64,000 nt of DNA, taken from assembly GCA_040905325.1 (NCBI GenBank), contig JBBDRS010000038.1:68801-132800 (forward strand). Reading direction: 5' to 3'. The translations under genes were made by a program, and so were the position numbers. This DNA is from Gemmatimonadota bacterium (GTDB lineage Bacteria; Gemmatimonadota; Gemmatimonadetes; Longimicrobiales; Gaopeijiaceae). The notes beneath the pieces are model-generated. The model saw nothing but the letters and a program-made list of their open reading frames with translations, had not been told where the DNA came from and made no database searches. Below are positions 26,801-34,429 of the stretch, one piece after another; position 1 is the first letter of the stretch; the number at the start of each line of letters is the position of its first letter.

Positions 26801-27310
26801 TTATCTGGGTGCCAGGACCATGATCATGGTCCTGCCCTCCCGGACGGGCTGGCTCTCGATTTTTCCGATGTCCTCCACGGCTTCCACGACCCGCTCGAGG
26901 ACATCGAGCCCGAGCTTCGGATGGGACATCTGCCGGCCACGGAACATCATGGTGACCTTCACCTTGTCGCCTTCCTCCAGGAAGCGTCGTACGTGACGCG
27001 TCTTGAACTCGTAGTCGTGGTCCTCGATCCCGGGGCGGTACTTCACCTCCTTGATCTGGACCGTGTGCTGCTTCTTCCTGGCCTCTCGCGCCTTCCGCGC
27101 CTCCTCGTACTTGTACTTGCCGTAGTCCATCAGGCGGCAGACGGGAGGGCGGGCGTCCGCGGCGACCTCCACCAGGTCGAGTCCCGCATCGACGGCGCGC
27201 TGCTTGGCATCGTCCAGGGCAACGATCCCGACTTGTTCCCCATCGGCGTCGATGAGGCGGATGGGGCTGATCCGGATCTGATCGTTGACGCGGACCCTTG
27301 GATCCTTGAT
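26801..27310 (-). CDS. infC: translation initiation factor IF-3 (non-canonical ATC start)
   Basis: Own translation upstream of the track ORF gives IKDPRVRVNDQIRISPIRLIDADGEQVGIVALDDAKQRAVDAGLDLVEV... The only plausible initiator after the in-frame TAA is ATC (27310-27308), 8 nt after GGAGG. Confidence 0.85.
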   Translation of the reverse strand: MKDPRVRVNDQIRISPIRLIDADGEQVGIVALDDAKQRAVDAGLDLVEVAADARPPVCRLMDYGKYKYEEARKAREARKKQHTVQIKEVKYRPGIEDHDYEFKTRHVRRFLEEGDKVKVTMMFRGRQMSHPKLGLDVLERVVEAVEDIGKIESQPVREGRTMIMVLAPR

Positions 27311-27627
27311 GGCTCCTTCCTCCAGTGTTTACGGAACGCCCGCGGCGTCCCGGAAAAAGAACGGCCCGGCGGGAAGCCGGGCCGAGGAAGACCACAGAGC
27401 CGCCCCCAAAGGGTGAGCGGTCCGCTCCGTCTCATCGAACCCGGCGGCGCCTCCACTCCCCTCGACCTGAACCGCAACGGCGGCCCTGTCCGGTGGGCGA
27501 GCGGGCCGAAAGGTGGAGGGCATATCCCTCGCTTCCGTCCTTTTCAACTTCCTGCGCGTACAACCCCTTCAAAGGTAGGTATCGGAGGCCATCCGTCAAG
27601 CGGCGCGCGACCCTTGAACTCCCGCGA
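27311..27627 (-). promoter_or_regulatory. long thrS-infC spacer: candidate ribosomal-protein (L20-type) leader with attenuator
   Basis: 317 nt of non-coding sequence. A possible TTGACG...TACCTT promoter lies near the thrS stop, several hairpins follow, and a strong terminator sits 44 nt before the infC start. Confidence 0.35.
27354..27384 (-). terminator. intrinsic terminator/attenuator upstream of infC
   Basis: Minus-strand RNA GGCCCGGC-UUCCC-GCCGGGCC followed by GUUCUUUUU: an 8-bp all-GC stem plus a U-tract. Confidence 0.65.
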
Positions 27628-29547
27628 TCAGGAGATGGTCCGGCTCCGGATCTCGCTCTGCACGCGCTCGACGAACTCCCCCCGGGGCATGACCTCCTGC
27701 TTCTTTCCGTCTCCGCGCTTCCGTACGGCCACCGTTCCCTCTTCGATCTCCCGTTCCCCGATTACTCCCATGTACGGGATTTTTCGCATCTCGGCCTCGC
27801 GGATTCGATATCCCAGACTCTCGCGCTCGGCGAGCTCCGCCCGGATTCCGGCGGCGCGCAGCTGCTGCACGAACGCTCCTCCTTCTTCGGCGAACTGCTC
27901 GGAAATCGGGAGAACCCGGACCTGCTCGGGTGCCAGCCAGAGGGGGAAGGCGCCCGCATAGTGCTCGATGAGTCCCCCGACGAACCGCTCCATGGACCCG
28001 ATGAGCACCCGGTGGAGCATGACCGGGCGGTGCCGCTCGTTGTCCGCACCGATGTACTCGATCTCGAAGCGGTCCGGCAGGTTGAAGTCGAGCTGGACGG
28101 TGGGACCCTGCCAGCGCCTACCGATGGCGTCGATGAGCTGGAAGTCCAGCTTGGGGCCGTAGAAGGCGCCGCCCCCCTCGTCGATGGTGTAGTCCACCCC
28201 TCGCTCCTCCAGGACCTGCCGGAGCGCCCCGATGGCTCGGTTCCAGACTTCCTCGGATCCGAGCGCCTTCTCGGGACGGGTGGCGAGGGCGACCGTATAG
28301 GGGTAGCCGAAGGTGGCGAGCATCTCCTCCACCAGATCCAGGAGCGCCGCGATCTCGGAGGGCACCTGCTCCTCGGTGCAGAAAACGTGGGCGTCGTCCT
28401 GCGTGAACCCGCGCACCCGCAACATCCCGTGCAGCACCCCGCTCCGCTCGTACCGGTAGACCGTCCCGAATTCCGCATAGCGGATGGGGAGGTCCCGGTA
28501 CGACCGCTGGTGGGCCTGGTACACGCAGATGTGACCCGGGCAATTCATGGGCTTCGCGCGGTATCTCGCTCCCTCCACCTCCATGGCCCCGAACATGCCG
28601 TCGCGGAAGTTCTCCAGGTGCCCGGAGATCTCGAAGATCCGCTCGCTCATGACATGCGGTGTGTAGACGATGTCGTATCCGTGCCGGCGGATGAGATCCT
28701 TCTCGTACTCCTCGATTTCGTTCCGGACGATGGCGCCCGCGGGCTGCCAGAGAATGAGCCCTGGGCCGACCCGTTGATCCACGGCGAAGAGATCCAGTTG
28801 ACGTCCGAGGATGCGATGGTCGCGCTTCTTCGCCTCCTCGAGGCGCTCGAGGTGCTCGTCCAGCTCCTTCTGCTTGAAGAAGGCGGTCCCGTAGATGCGC
28901 TGTAGCATCTGGCGCCGTTCGTCGCCCCGCCAGTACGCACCGGCGGCGGAGAGGAGCTTGTAGTGGCGCAGGCGGCCGGTGGAGGGGACGTGAGGCCCCT
29001 TGCAGAGGTCCAGGAAAGGGCCGTCGCGGTATACAGTGATCACCTCGTCATCGGCGAACTCCTCGAGGCGCTCGAGCTTCAGGGGATCGTCCTGGAAGAG
29101 CTCCCGGGCCTCCTCCTTCGTAACCTGCCGCCGCTCGAAGGGAAGGTTTGCCGCGATCACCTCCTCGATGGTCTTCTCGAAGGTCTCGAGGTCCTCGGGG
29201 GTGAAGGGCTCGTCGACGCCGAAGTCGTAGTAGAACCCCTCGTCGATGGCCGGCCCGAACCCTATCTCCGCCCCGGGATGGTGTTTCCGGACGGCCGTGG
29301 CAAGGACGTGGGCCGCGGAGTGCCGGAGGAGCCCGAGCGCCTCGGGATCCCGCTCCGTGACGAGGCGGAGACGGCAGTCGCCGGGGAGGGGACGGTGGAG
29401 ATCCACCATCTCGCCGTCCACCTCGCCGGCGAGCGCAGCACGGGCGAGGCCGGGGCCGATCTCGGAGGCGACGTCGTGAGAGGTGGAGCCTTCGGGCACT
29501 TCGAGAACCTTCCCGTCGGGAAGGGTAACCTGGATCGTACCGGCCAT
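27628..29547 (-). CDS. thrS: threonine--tRNA ligase
   Basis: TGS N-terminus (IQVTLPDGKVLEV), editing HSAAHVLA, class II core YRDLPIRYAEFGTVYRYERSG, and an anticodon-binding C-terminus. ATG at 29547. Confidence 0.9.
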   Translation of the reverse strand: MAGTIQVTLPDGKVLEVPEGSTSHDVASEIGPGLARAALAGEVDGEMVDLHRPLPGDCRLRLVTERDPEALGLLRHSAAHVLATAVRKHHPGAEIGFGPAIDEGFYYDFGVDEPFTPEDLETFEKTIEEVIAANLPFERRQVTKEEARELFQDDPLKLERLEEFADDEVITVYRDGPFLDLCKGPHVPSTGRLRHYKLLSAAGAYWRGDERRQMLQRIYGTAFFKQKELDEHLERLEEAKKRDHRILGRQLDLFAVDQRVGPGLILWQPAGAIVRNEIEEYEKDLIRRHGYDIVYTPHVMSERIFEISGHLENFRDGMFGAMEVEGARYRAKPMNCPGHICVYQAHQRSYRDLPIRYAEFGTVYRYERSGVLHGMLRVRGFTQDDAHVFCTEEQVPSEIAALLDLVEEMLATFGYPYTVALATRPEKALGSEEVWNRAIGALRQVLEERGVDYTIDEGGGAFYGPKLDFQLIDAIGRRWQGPTVQLDFNLPDRFEIEYIGADNERHRPVMLHRVLIGSMERFVGGLIEHYAGAFPLWLAPEQVRVLPISEQFAEEGGAFVQQLRAAGIRAELAERESLGYRIREAEMRKIPYMGVIGEREIEEGTVAVRKRGDGKKQEVMPRGEFVERVQSEIRSRTIS

Positions 29548-29745
29548 CGGGATGTCGGGGCATGGCGAGGAAGGATGCGCGAGCGAGGCTACCGTCCCCG
29601 GCTGCGCGCCGTGGCCGGAGATTAATGCCCCCGGGTGGCAGGGGTCAACGGGCCACGCACGAGGCCCCTTTCGGGATCCCATCGCGGGCGGGTATGCTTC
29701 GCTTGAGACCCCGCATCATCGAGCCCACTCCAGCCCCCGTCGACC

Positions 29746-30243
29746 ATGCCCGTGTCCCTTGCTCCCCTGCTGTGCCTTCTCCTTCTCCTGGGCGGGTCCT
29801 TCGCGGGCCCCCTCCTCGCTGCGCAGGAGACCGGATCCGCCCAGTCGACCCAGGAGGATGCCGTGATGGCCACCGTGAACCGCCTCTTCGACGGAATGCG
29901 GGCCCGGGATGGAGAGGTGGTGGCCTCGGTGTTCCACCCGGAGGCCCGCCTCGTGACCACAGCCGTGACACCGGACGGGACGCCCAGCGCCTCGGTCCAG
30001 CCAATCGAAGGGTTCGTAGCCGCCGTGGGGCAGGAGGGGGCTCCCTGGGACGAACCCCTCTTCGAGACCGAGGTGCGGGTGGATGGGCCCCTCGCCGATG
30101 TCTGGACCTTCTACCGTTTCTACCGCGGCGAGGAGTTCAGCCATTGCGGCCACAACTCGATCCAGCTCGTGCGGACCTCCGAGGGGTGGCGGATCATCTC
30201 CATCGCGGACACCCGCCGGACGGAGAACTGCGACGCCCCGTAG
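29746..30243 (+). CDS. secreted NTF2-like (SnoaL/DUF4440-like) fold protein
   Basis: Signal peptide MPVSLAPLLCLLLLLGGSFAG, then AVMATVNRLFDGMRARDGEVVASVFHPEARLV...DVWTFYRFY...HCGHNSIQLVRTSEGWRI, a cone-like alpha+beta pattern. Confidence 0.5.
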   Translation: MPVSLAPLLCLLLLLGGSFAGPLLAAQETGSAQSTQEDAVMATVNRLFDGMRARDGEVVASVFHPEARLVTTAVTPDGTPSASVQPIEGFVAAVGQEGAPWDEPLFETEVRVDGPLADVWTFYRFYRGEEFSHCGHNSIQLVRTSEGWRIISIADTRRTENCDAP

Positions 30244-30273
30244 GCCCTCGGAAGGGCGGCCCGTACGTTCTCG

Positions 30274-31050
30274 CTAACGCGCCTCCTCCACCGAATCCAA
30301 GCGGTCGAGGCGGACCTCCTGGCCGGACGCGCTCCTTAGGAACTCCTCCGCGCCTCGCGTGAAGACGTCCACGATGCGGTCCACAAGTTCCACCGCCTCG
30401 CCCTCATCCGTTCGGAACGCGATTCGGCACCGGGTCTGCAGGGTGGCGAAGGCTTCGAGGCGGTCATGGACTGAACAGTCGATGGGGCTATAAGGCGGTT
30501 GGTCGGTCATGGCGAACGCTTGGCTCAAGGGGGTCCGGGTGGTCTCAGGTGCCCGTCGGATGTACTCGAAGGCAACGTCCCGCGTGGCTCCCCGCAGTCC
30601 GTTCAGATAGGAGAGACCTCTCGTCACCGAGAAAGGGGCGCCGGTTACCGTAGCGAACCGGGTTGGGAGAGCGGTCCAGATGGCGGCCCGGAACCCACCC
30701 GCCCTGAACCAGTTCGCGAGCGGCTCGAGGTGGGTCGGGAGAGGTGAGGATGACTGGTTTGCCCCGTTGCCGGTCTCCCTTCGGACGATCCCGATGTGCT
30801 CGATGGCGCAGGCCTCTCGCTCCGCCAGGTTTCGCCTCGCGTCGTCCGGAGGGAGGGGGGAGCGTGCGACCCAGGTCTGGACCGCCACCCCGTCCACCGG
30901 ATCCACCACCAGGGTCAGGCGTCCGTCCGTCGTCACCCGCGAGAATTCGATGGGGAGGCGAGGGCCGGTGGGTTCCCAGCGGCCGGTGACCCTCAAGTTG
31001 CGGGGGGACCAGAGGAGCGATCCCCACGCGATCACGGCGGTGTGGCTCAT
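30274..31050 (-). CDS. two-domain protein: N-terminal ChaC/GGCT-like region fused to C-terminal Rof (Rho antiterminator)-like domain
   Basis: The N-terminus AVIAWGSLLWSPRNL...GPRLPIEFSRVTTDGRLTLVV resembles the ChaC-type YGSLxW start. The C-terminal YSPIDCSVHDRLEAFATLQTRCRIAFRTDEGEAVELVDRIVDVFTRGAEEFLRSASGQEVRLDRLDSVE aligns by eye with E. coli Rof (YQPINCDDYDNLELAC...EYLVV...RELRLDKITSF). Confidence 0.55.
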   Translation of the reverse strand: MSHTAVIAWGSLLWSPRNLRVTGRWEPTGPRLPIEFSRVTTDGRLTLVVDPVDGVAVQTWVARSPLPPDDARRNLAEREACAIEHIGIVRRETGNGANQSSSPLPTHLEPLANWFRAGGFRAAIWTALPTRFATVTGAPFSVTRGLSYLNGLRGATRDVAFEYIRRAPETTRTPLSQAFAMTDQPPYSPIDCSVHDRLEAFATLQTRCRIAFRTDEGEAVELVDRIVDVFTRGAEEFLRSASGQEVRLDRLDSVEEAR

Positions 31051-31105
31051 GCTTCCCTACCTTCCGAGCACCCGGTGAAGGCCCGTGGATCTCGTTGGGG
31101 GGAGG

Positions 31106-32257
31106 TCACGGAGCCTCCCGGATCAGCGTCGCGTAAAAGAGGGCGGCATCCCTGATCTGCTGGATCGGACAGGCTTCGTCCCGCGCGTGAGCCACGGCAG
31201 GGTCGCCGGGTCCGAACCCGATAGTGGGGATCCCAAGGGCGACCGGAGTGACGGCGTTGGTGCTGAAGTCCCAGAACCCGAAGGGACGCGACTCGTGTGA
31301 GAAGACGCTCCAGAAGGCTCGCTCGCAAGCCGTGGTGAGCGGGTGGTCCTCAGCGAGGGACCAGGAGTCGTGGACAGGATAGTATTCCACCGGCATCCCG
31401 GTCCAGCTCGTTCGCCGGACGGGGGCGACCTCCCAGGAGGCGTCCTTTCCCTCGGTGAGCGCCACCATCTCTCTCTCCACCAGTGCCTGGTCCTCCCCGG
31501 GCCCGAGCCTCCGGTCGATGTGGATCTCGCATTCGCTGGGTACGGCGTTGAGCGACGCTCCCATGCTCTCGATGCGGGTGACCACGGCCGTGCCTCTCCT
31601 TCCCTTCGTTGCCGCGAGGCGCCGGTCCAGGGCCTCTACCCGCTGGAGGATGTCGGCCATCTCGGAGATCGCGTTCCTGCCCCGTTCCGGAGTGGCTCCG
31701 TGGGCGGAGGTCCCCCGGGTTCGCACCGTGACCAGCGCCTTTCCCTTGTGTCCCAGGACGATTCGATTGTTCGAAGGCTCGCAGACCACGACTGCGTCAG
31801 GCCGAATCCCGGTCTCCTGCAGGAGGTGCTTCAGGTTCTCTCCGTCGCAGTCCTCCTCCATGACGGTGGCAGACACGTACACGGTCCTACCCTCGAGCCA
31901 GCCCCTGCGCTTCGCCATGGCCGCACCGTGGAGTGAGGCCGCCAGTGCCGCCTTCATGTCCGCGGAGCCCCGCCCGTGGAGGAGGCCGTCCTGGATTCTG
32001 CCCTCGAAGGGGGGGATCCGCCATGCCTCCTCGTCCGGAACCTCCACGGTGTCCATGTGCGAATCGAGGAGGAGCACACGCTCCCCATCGCCGACGCGGC
32101 CCAGCACGTTGCCCATCCCGTCCAGCAGCACCTCGTCGAAGCCGAGCGCCTCCATGCGGGCCACGACGTACCGTGCCACCTCGGCCTCCTGACCGGAGTA
32201 GCTCTGGATGCGGACCAGCTCCCGCGCGCAGGAGACGACCTCCCGTTCTACGTCCAT
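31106..32257 (-). CDS. M20-family metallohydrolase (ArgE/DapE/YgeY-like)
   Basis: ELVRIQSYSGQEAEVARYV...VLLLDSHMDTVEV, ...GRGSADMKAALA... and the EEDCDGEN motif fit the M20 metal sites. The start is ATG 32257 (or GTG 32266). Confidence 0.8.
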   Translation of the reverse strand: MDVEREVVSCARELVRIQSYSGQEAEVARYVVARMEALGFDEVLLDGMGNVLGRVGDGERVLLLDSHMDTVEVPDEEAWRIPPFEGRIQDGLLHGRGSADMKAALAASLHGAAMAKRRGWLEGRTVYVSATVMEEDCDGENLKHLLQETGIRPDAVVVCEPSNNRIVLGHKGKALVTVRTRGTSAHGATPERGRNAISEMADILQRVEALDRRLAATKGRRGTAVVTRIESMGASLNAVPSECEIHIDRRLGPGEDQALVEREMVALTEGKDASWEVAPVRRTSWTGMPVEYYPVHDSWSLAEDHPLTTACERAFWSVFSHESRPFGFWDFSTNAVTPVALGIPTIGFGPGDPAVAHARDEACPIQQIRDAALFYATLIREAP

Positions 32258-32258
32258 G

Positions 32259-32685
32259 TCACTCACCCCAGCGATATCGCCCGCTCACCTTCATCTCACC
32301 CCCAAGGAATTCCACCACCTGTTCCCGGGCCACCGGCATCCCATCGGAGTTCAGCCAGAGGGTCGCGCGCCCGTCCGGCTGATTCTGTACGAAGATCCGG
32401 AATGCGATGCCGCGCTCGCCCTTCCAACGTCAGCTCGTTCCCATCGAGCAACTCCAGGCGGCCCTGGATCGAGGCCTGGCACGCCCCCTCGGCGGTCACC
32501 TCGAACGCCACCTCCCGTCCCCGCGCCGAGAGCAGCTGCTCCTCAAGCGTGCTGAGGACCTCCTCTGGGCTCGGCCGATCCGAAGTACCGCTATCCGATG
32601 CGTCAACCCGGGGTGGTGTCCCGCCCGAACACCCCGTGACCCGTATCGTTGCCAGGAGCGGAGCAACCCTCGTGATTCTGTGCAT
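32259..32685 (-). pseudogene. lipoprotein gene with apparent +1/-2 frameshift near 32405-32430
   Basis: The N-terminal frame (MHRITRVAPLLATIRVTGCSGG, lipobox VTGC) loses third-position GC bias after ~32430. An adjacent frame (KGERGIAFRIFVQNQPDGRATLWLNSDGMPVAREQVVEFLGGEMKVSGRYRWGE*) has strong bias and ends at 32259, 1 nt before the M20 ATG. Confidence 0.5.
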
Positions 32686-32871
32686 GCGTTCCTCAACTCA
32701 AGGACCCGGGACCAAACGACCGCCGAATGCGCACCTGCGCCGCACCCTTGTCCGTCGAGTGGAGTCCTGCACCGAAGTGCTCCATGTCCACCACGGCGAA
32801 GCGCGATGCCGTGCCGGAGGTCGCGAGGAGCATCTCCCGTGGGGGCTTCTCCGTACACCCTCCCCCCGCGA

Positions 32872-34197
32872 TCAGAAGAACCCGCCGCGGAATCTACGGG
32901 TGGTGAAGCGGTTGTTCACCACGTTGTTGTAGATCGAGCCGAACTCGTAGGAGAGACCCATGGAGAGTTCATAGGTGAAGTCGGTGGGGCGCTGGAACCG
33001 GCCGAGCAGGATCTCCTCGTCGGTGAGGCCTTCCCGCGAGATGAAGAGCTGATCTTCGATGAAGGCCACCCCGCCCCGCACGTCCAGGTTGAGTCCGCGG
33101 AGAATCCGGAACTCCAAACCGCCCGAGAGGGACACGCTCCAGCGCTCCAGATCATGCAGAAACTGGCTCGCGTCGAGGGACAGCCGCGACTCCCCCCACG
33201 GCTGACGCTGAAACAGCTCCAGTCGGAGCCGTTGTTGGGGTCGCGTCTCGGCCGTCTTGAAGTAGATCGTCTCCTCCTCCCATTCGAAGTGCTGCACTCG
33301 GAGGTCGTAACGGGCAGTCAGCGACTGGCGGGGCGCTTCCTCGTAGGGGAAGAAGCTGTATTCAATGGCGGCAGCGGCGTCGGCACCGAAGCGCTGGTTC
33401 CGGCTCGTGGAGGCTCCCGCTCCCGCAATGAACCCGAGCGACCAGTGCTCGGCGAGGGTGTACGCCAGGAGGACGTCCGTGCCCCAGTCCGTGCGTTCGT
33501 CCACGATCGTCTCGCCGCTTCCAAGCTCCCGCTCGTCGCGGCGCTGGCTCCCGTCGGCCTCGAATTCGAACTTCCACATGGGCGTCGTACGGGAGGCCTC
33601 GAACGAGGCGGAATATCTCCGCTCGCTTTCCGTTTCTTCGCCTTCGATATCGAAGTCGCCCCCCACCTCGAACACCCAGAAGTTCCACGGATCGTCCACC
33701 TGGTCGGTGCCCGCGAGCCGGGCGGGATCCGGCCCGTCCGACCCCGCGATGCCAGTGATCTCGAAGACAGCCGGACGCCCGATGGCCGCCGAGTACCGTG
33801 CGAGCCCTGCGGCGATGGTGCTCGTGAGCGCCCGCACCACCTCATCGTCCGTGTCGGTGGAGGCCGTGGTCAGCCGGAGCTGGTCGTCGTCGTCGTCCAG
33901 ATCGCCCTGCCCGATGAACTCGAGGGTGAAGACGGATCCACCACCCCCGGTCTGGGTGCTGGTCACGATGAGGTGGATCTGCGCCAGAGTGCGGTCCCGT
34001 ACCCAGTTCACCCAGTCGATCTCGGTGCGGAAGTAGGTGGAGTCGCACCGGAAGGTATTGCAGTCCAGGAAGACCCGCAGGGCGCCTCCTCGACCGGCAT
34101 CCTGGGCGGCGGCCCCCGATGGCGAGAGCCAAAGGGAAAAGATGAGCGCCGCGGCGGTCGCGGTCATGGATGCGAGCGTAGGCCTCTTATCGTTCAC
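32872..34197 (-). CDS. predicted outer-membrane beta-barrel protein, paralog A
   Basis: Signal peptide (...MTATAAALIFSLWLSPSGAAAQ), N-terminal domain RVFLDCNTFRCDSTYFRTEIDWVNWVRDR...IHLIVTS, and an alternating beta-strand C-terminal half ending ...VVNNRFTTRRFRGGFF (aromatic terminus). The start is GTG 34197 or ATG 34167. Paralog of 42768-44108. Confidence 0.6.
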   Translation of the reverse strand: MNDKRPTLASMTATAAALIFSLWLSPSGAAAQDAGRGGALRVFLDCNTFRCDSTYFRTEIDWVNWVRDRTLAQIHLIVTSTQTGGGGSVFTLEFIGQGDLDDDDDQLRLTTASTDTDDEVVRALTSTIAAGLARYSAAIGRPAVFEITGIAGSDGPDPARLAGTDQVDDPWNFWVFEVGGDFDIEGEETESERRYSASFEASRTTPMWKFEFEADGSQRRDERELGSGETIVDERTDWGTDVLLAYTLAEHWSLGFIAGAGASTSRNQRFGADAAAAIEYSFFPYEEAPRQSLTARYDLRVQHFEWEEETIYFKTAETRPQQRLRLELFQRQPWGESRLSLDASQFLHDLERWSVSLSGGLEFRILRGLNLDVRGGVAFIEDQLFISREGLTDEEILLGRFQRPTDFTYELSMGLSYEFGSIYNNVVNNRFTTRRFRGGFF

Positions 34198-34429
34198 AGG
34201 GTATCCCCCAATGGGATGGTCGGGTTCGAATGCATCTCCCAAAGTTAACGACGCACAAGGTCGAGTCAGGGGCCAGCCATGTACGAAATGCGTAAGAACG
34301 CTGTCGGAATAGGAGGCGCCCTCGCCTGCGGGATCGATGCACCGTACGTTCGGTTCGTGCGGCTTCTGCGTCTCGAGGGGCCGCATGTCTCCAACGCGCC
34401 GGATTCAACGGGCCTTGCCCGGGAAACGC

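Noticed and set aside
27385-27627. An SRP (4.5S) RNA-like segment UCAGGUCGAGGGGAGUGGAGGCGCC in the thrS-infC spacer.
   Set aside because: It shares only the UCAGGUC start with the conserved domain IV. The GGAA tetraloop and AGCA symmetric-loop elements are absent.
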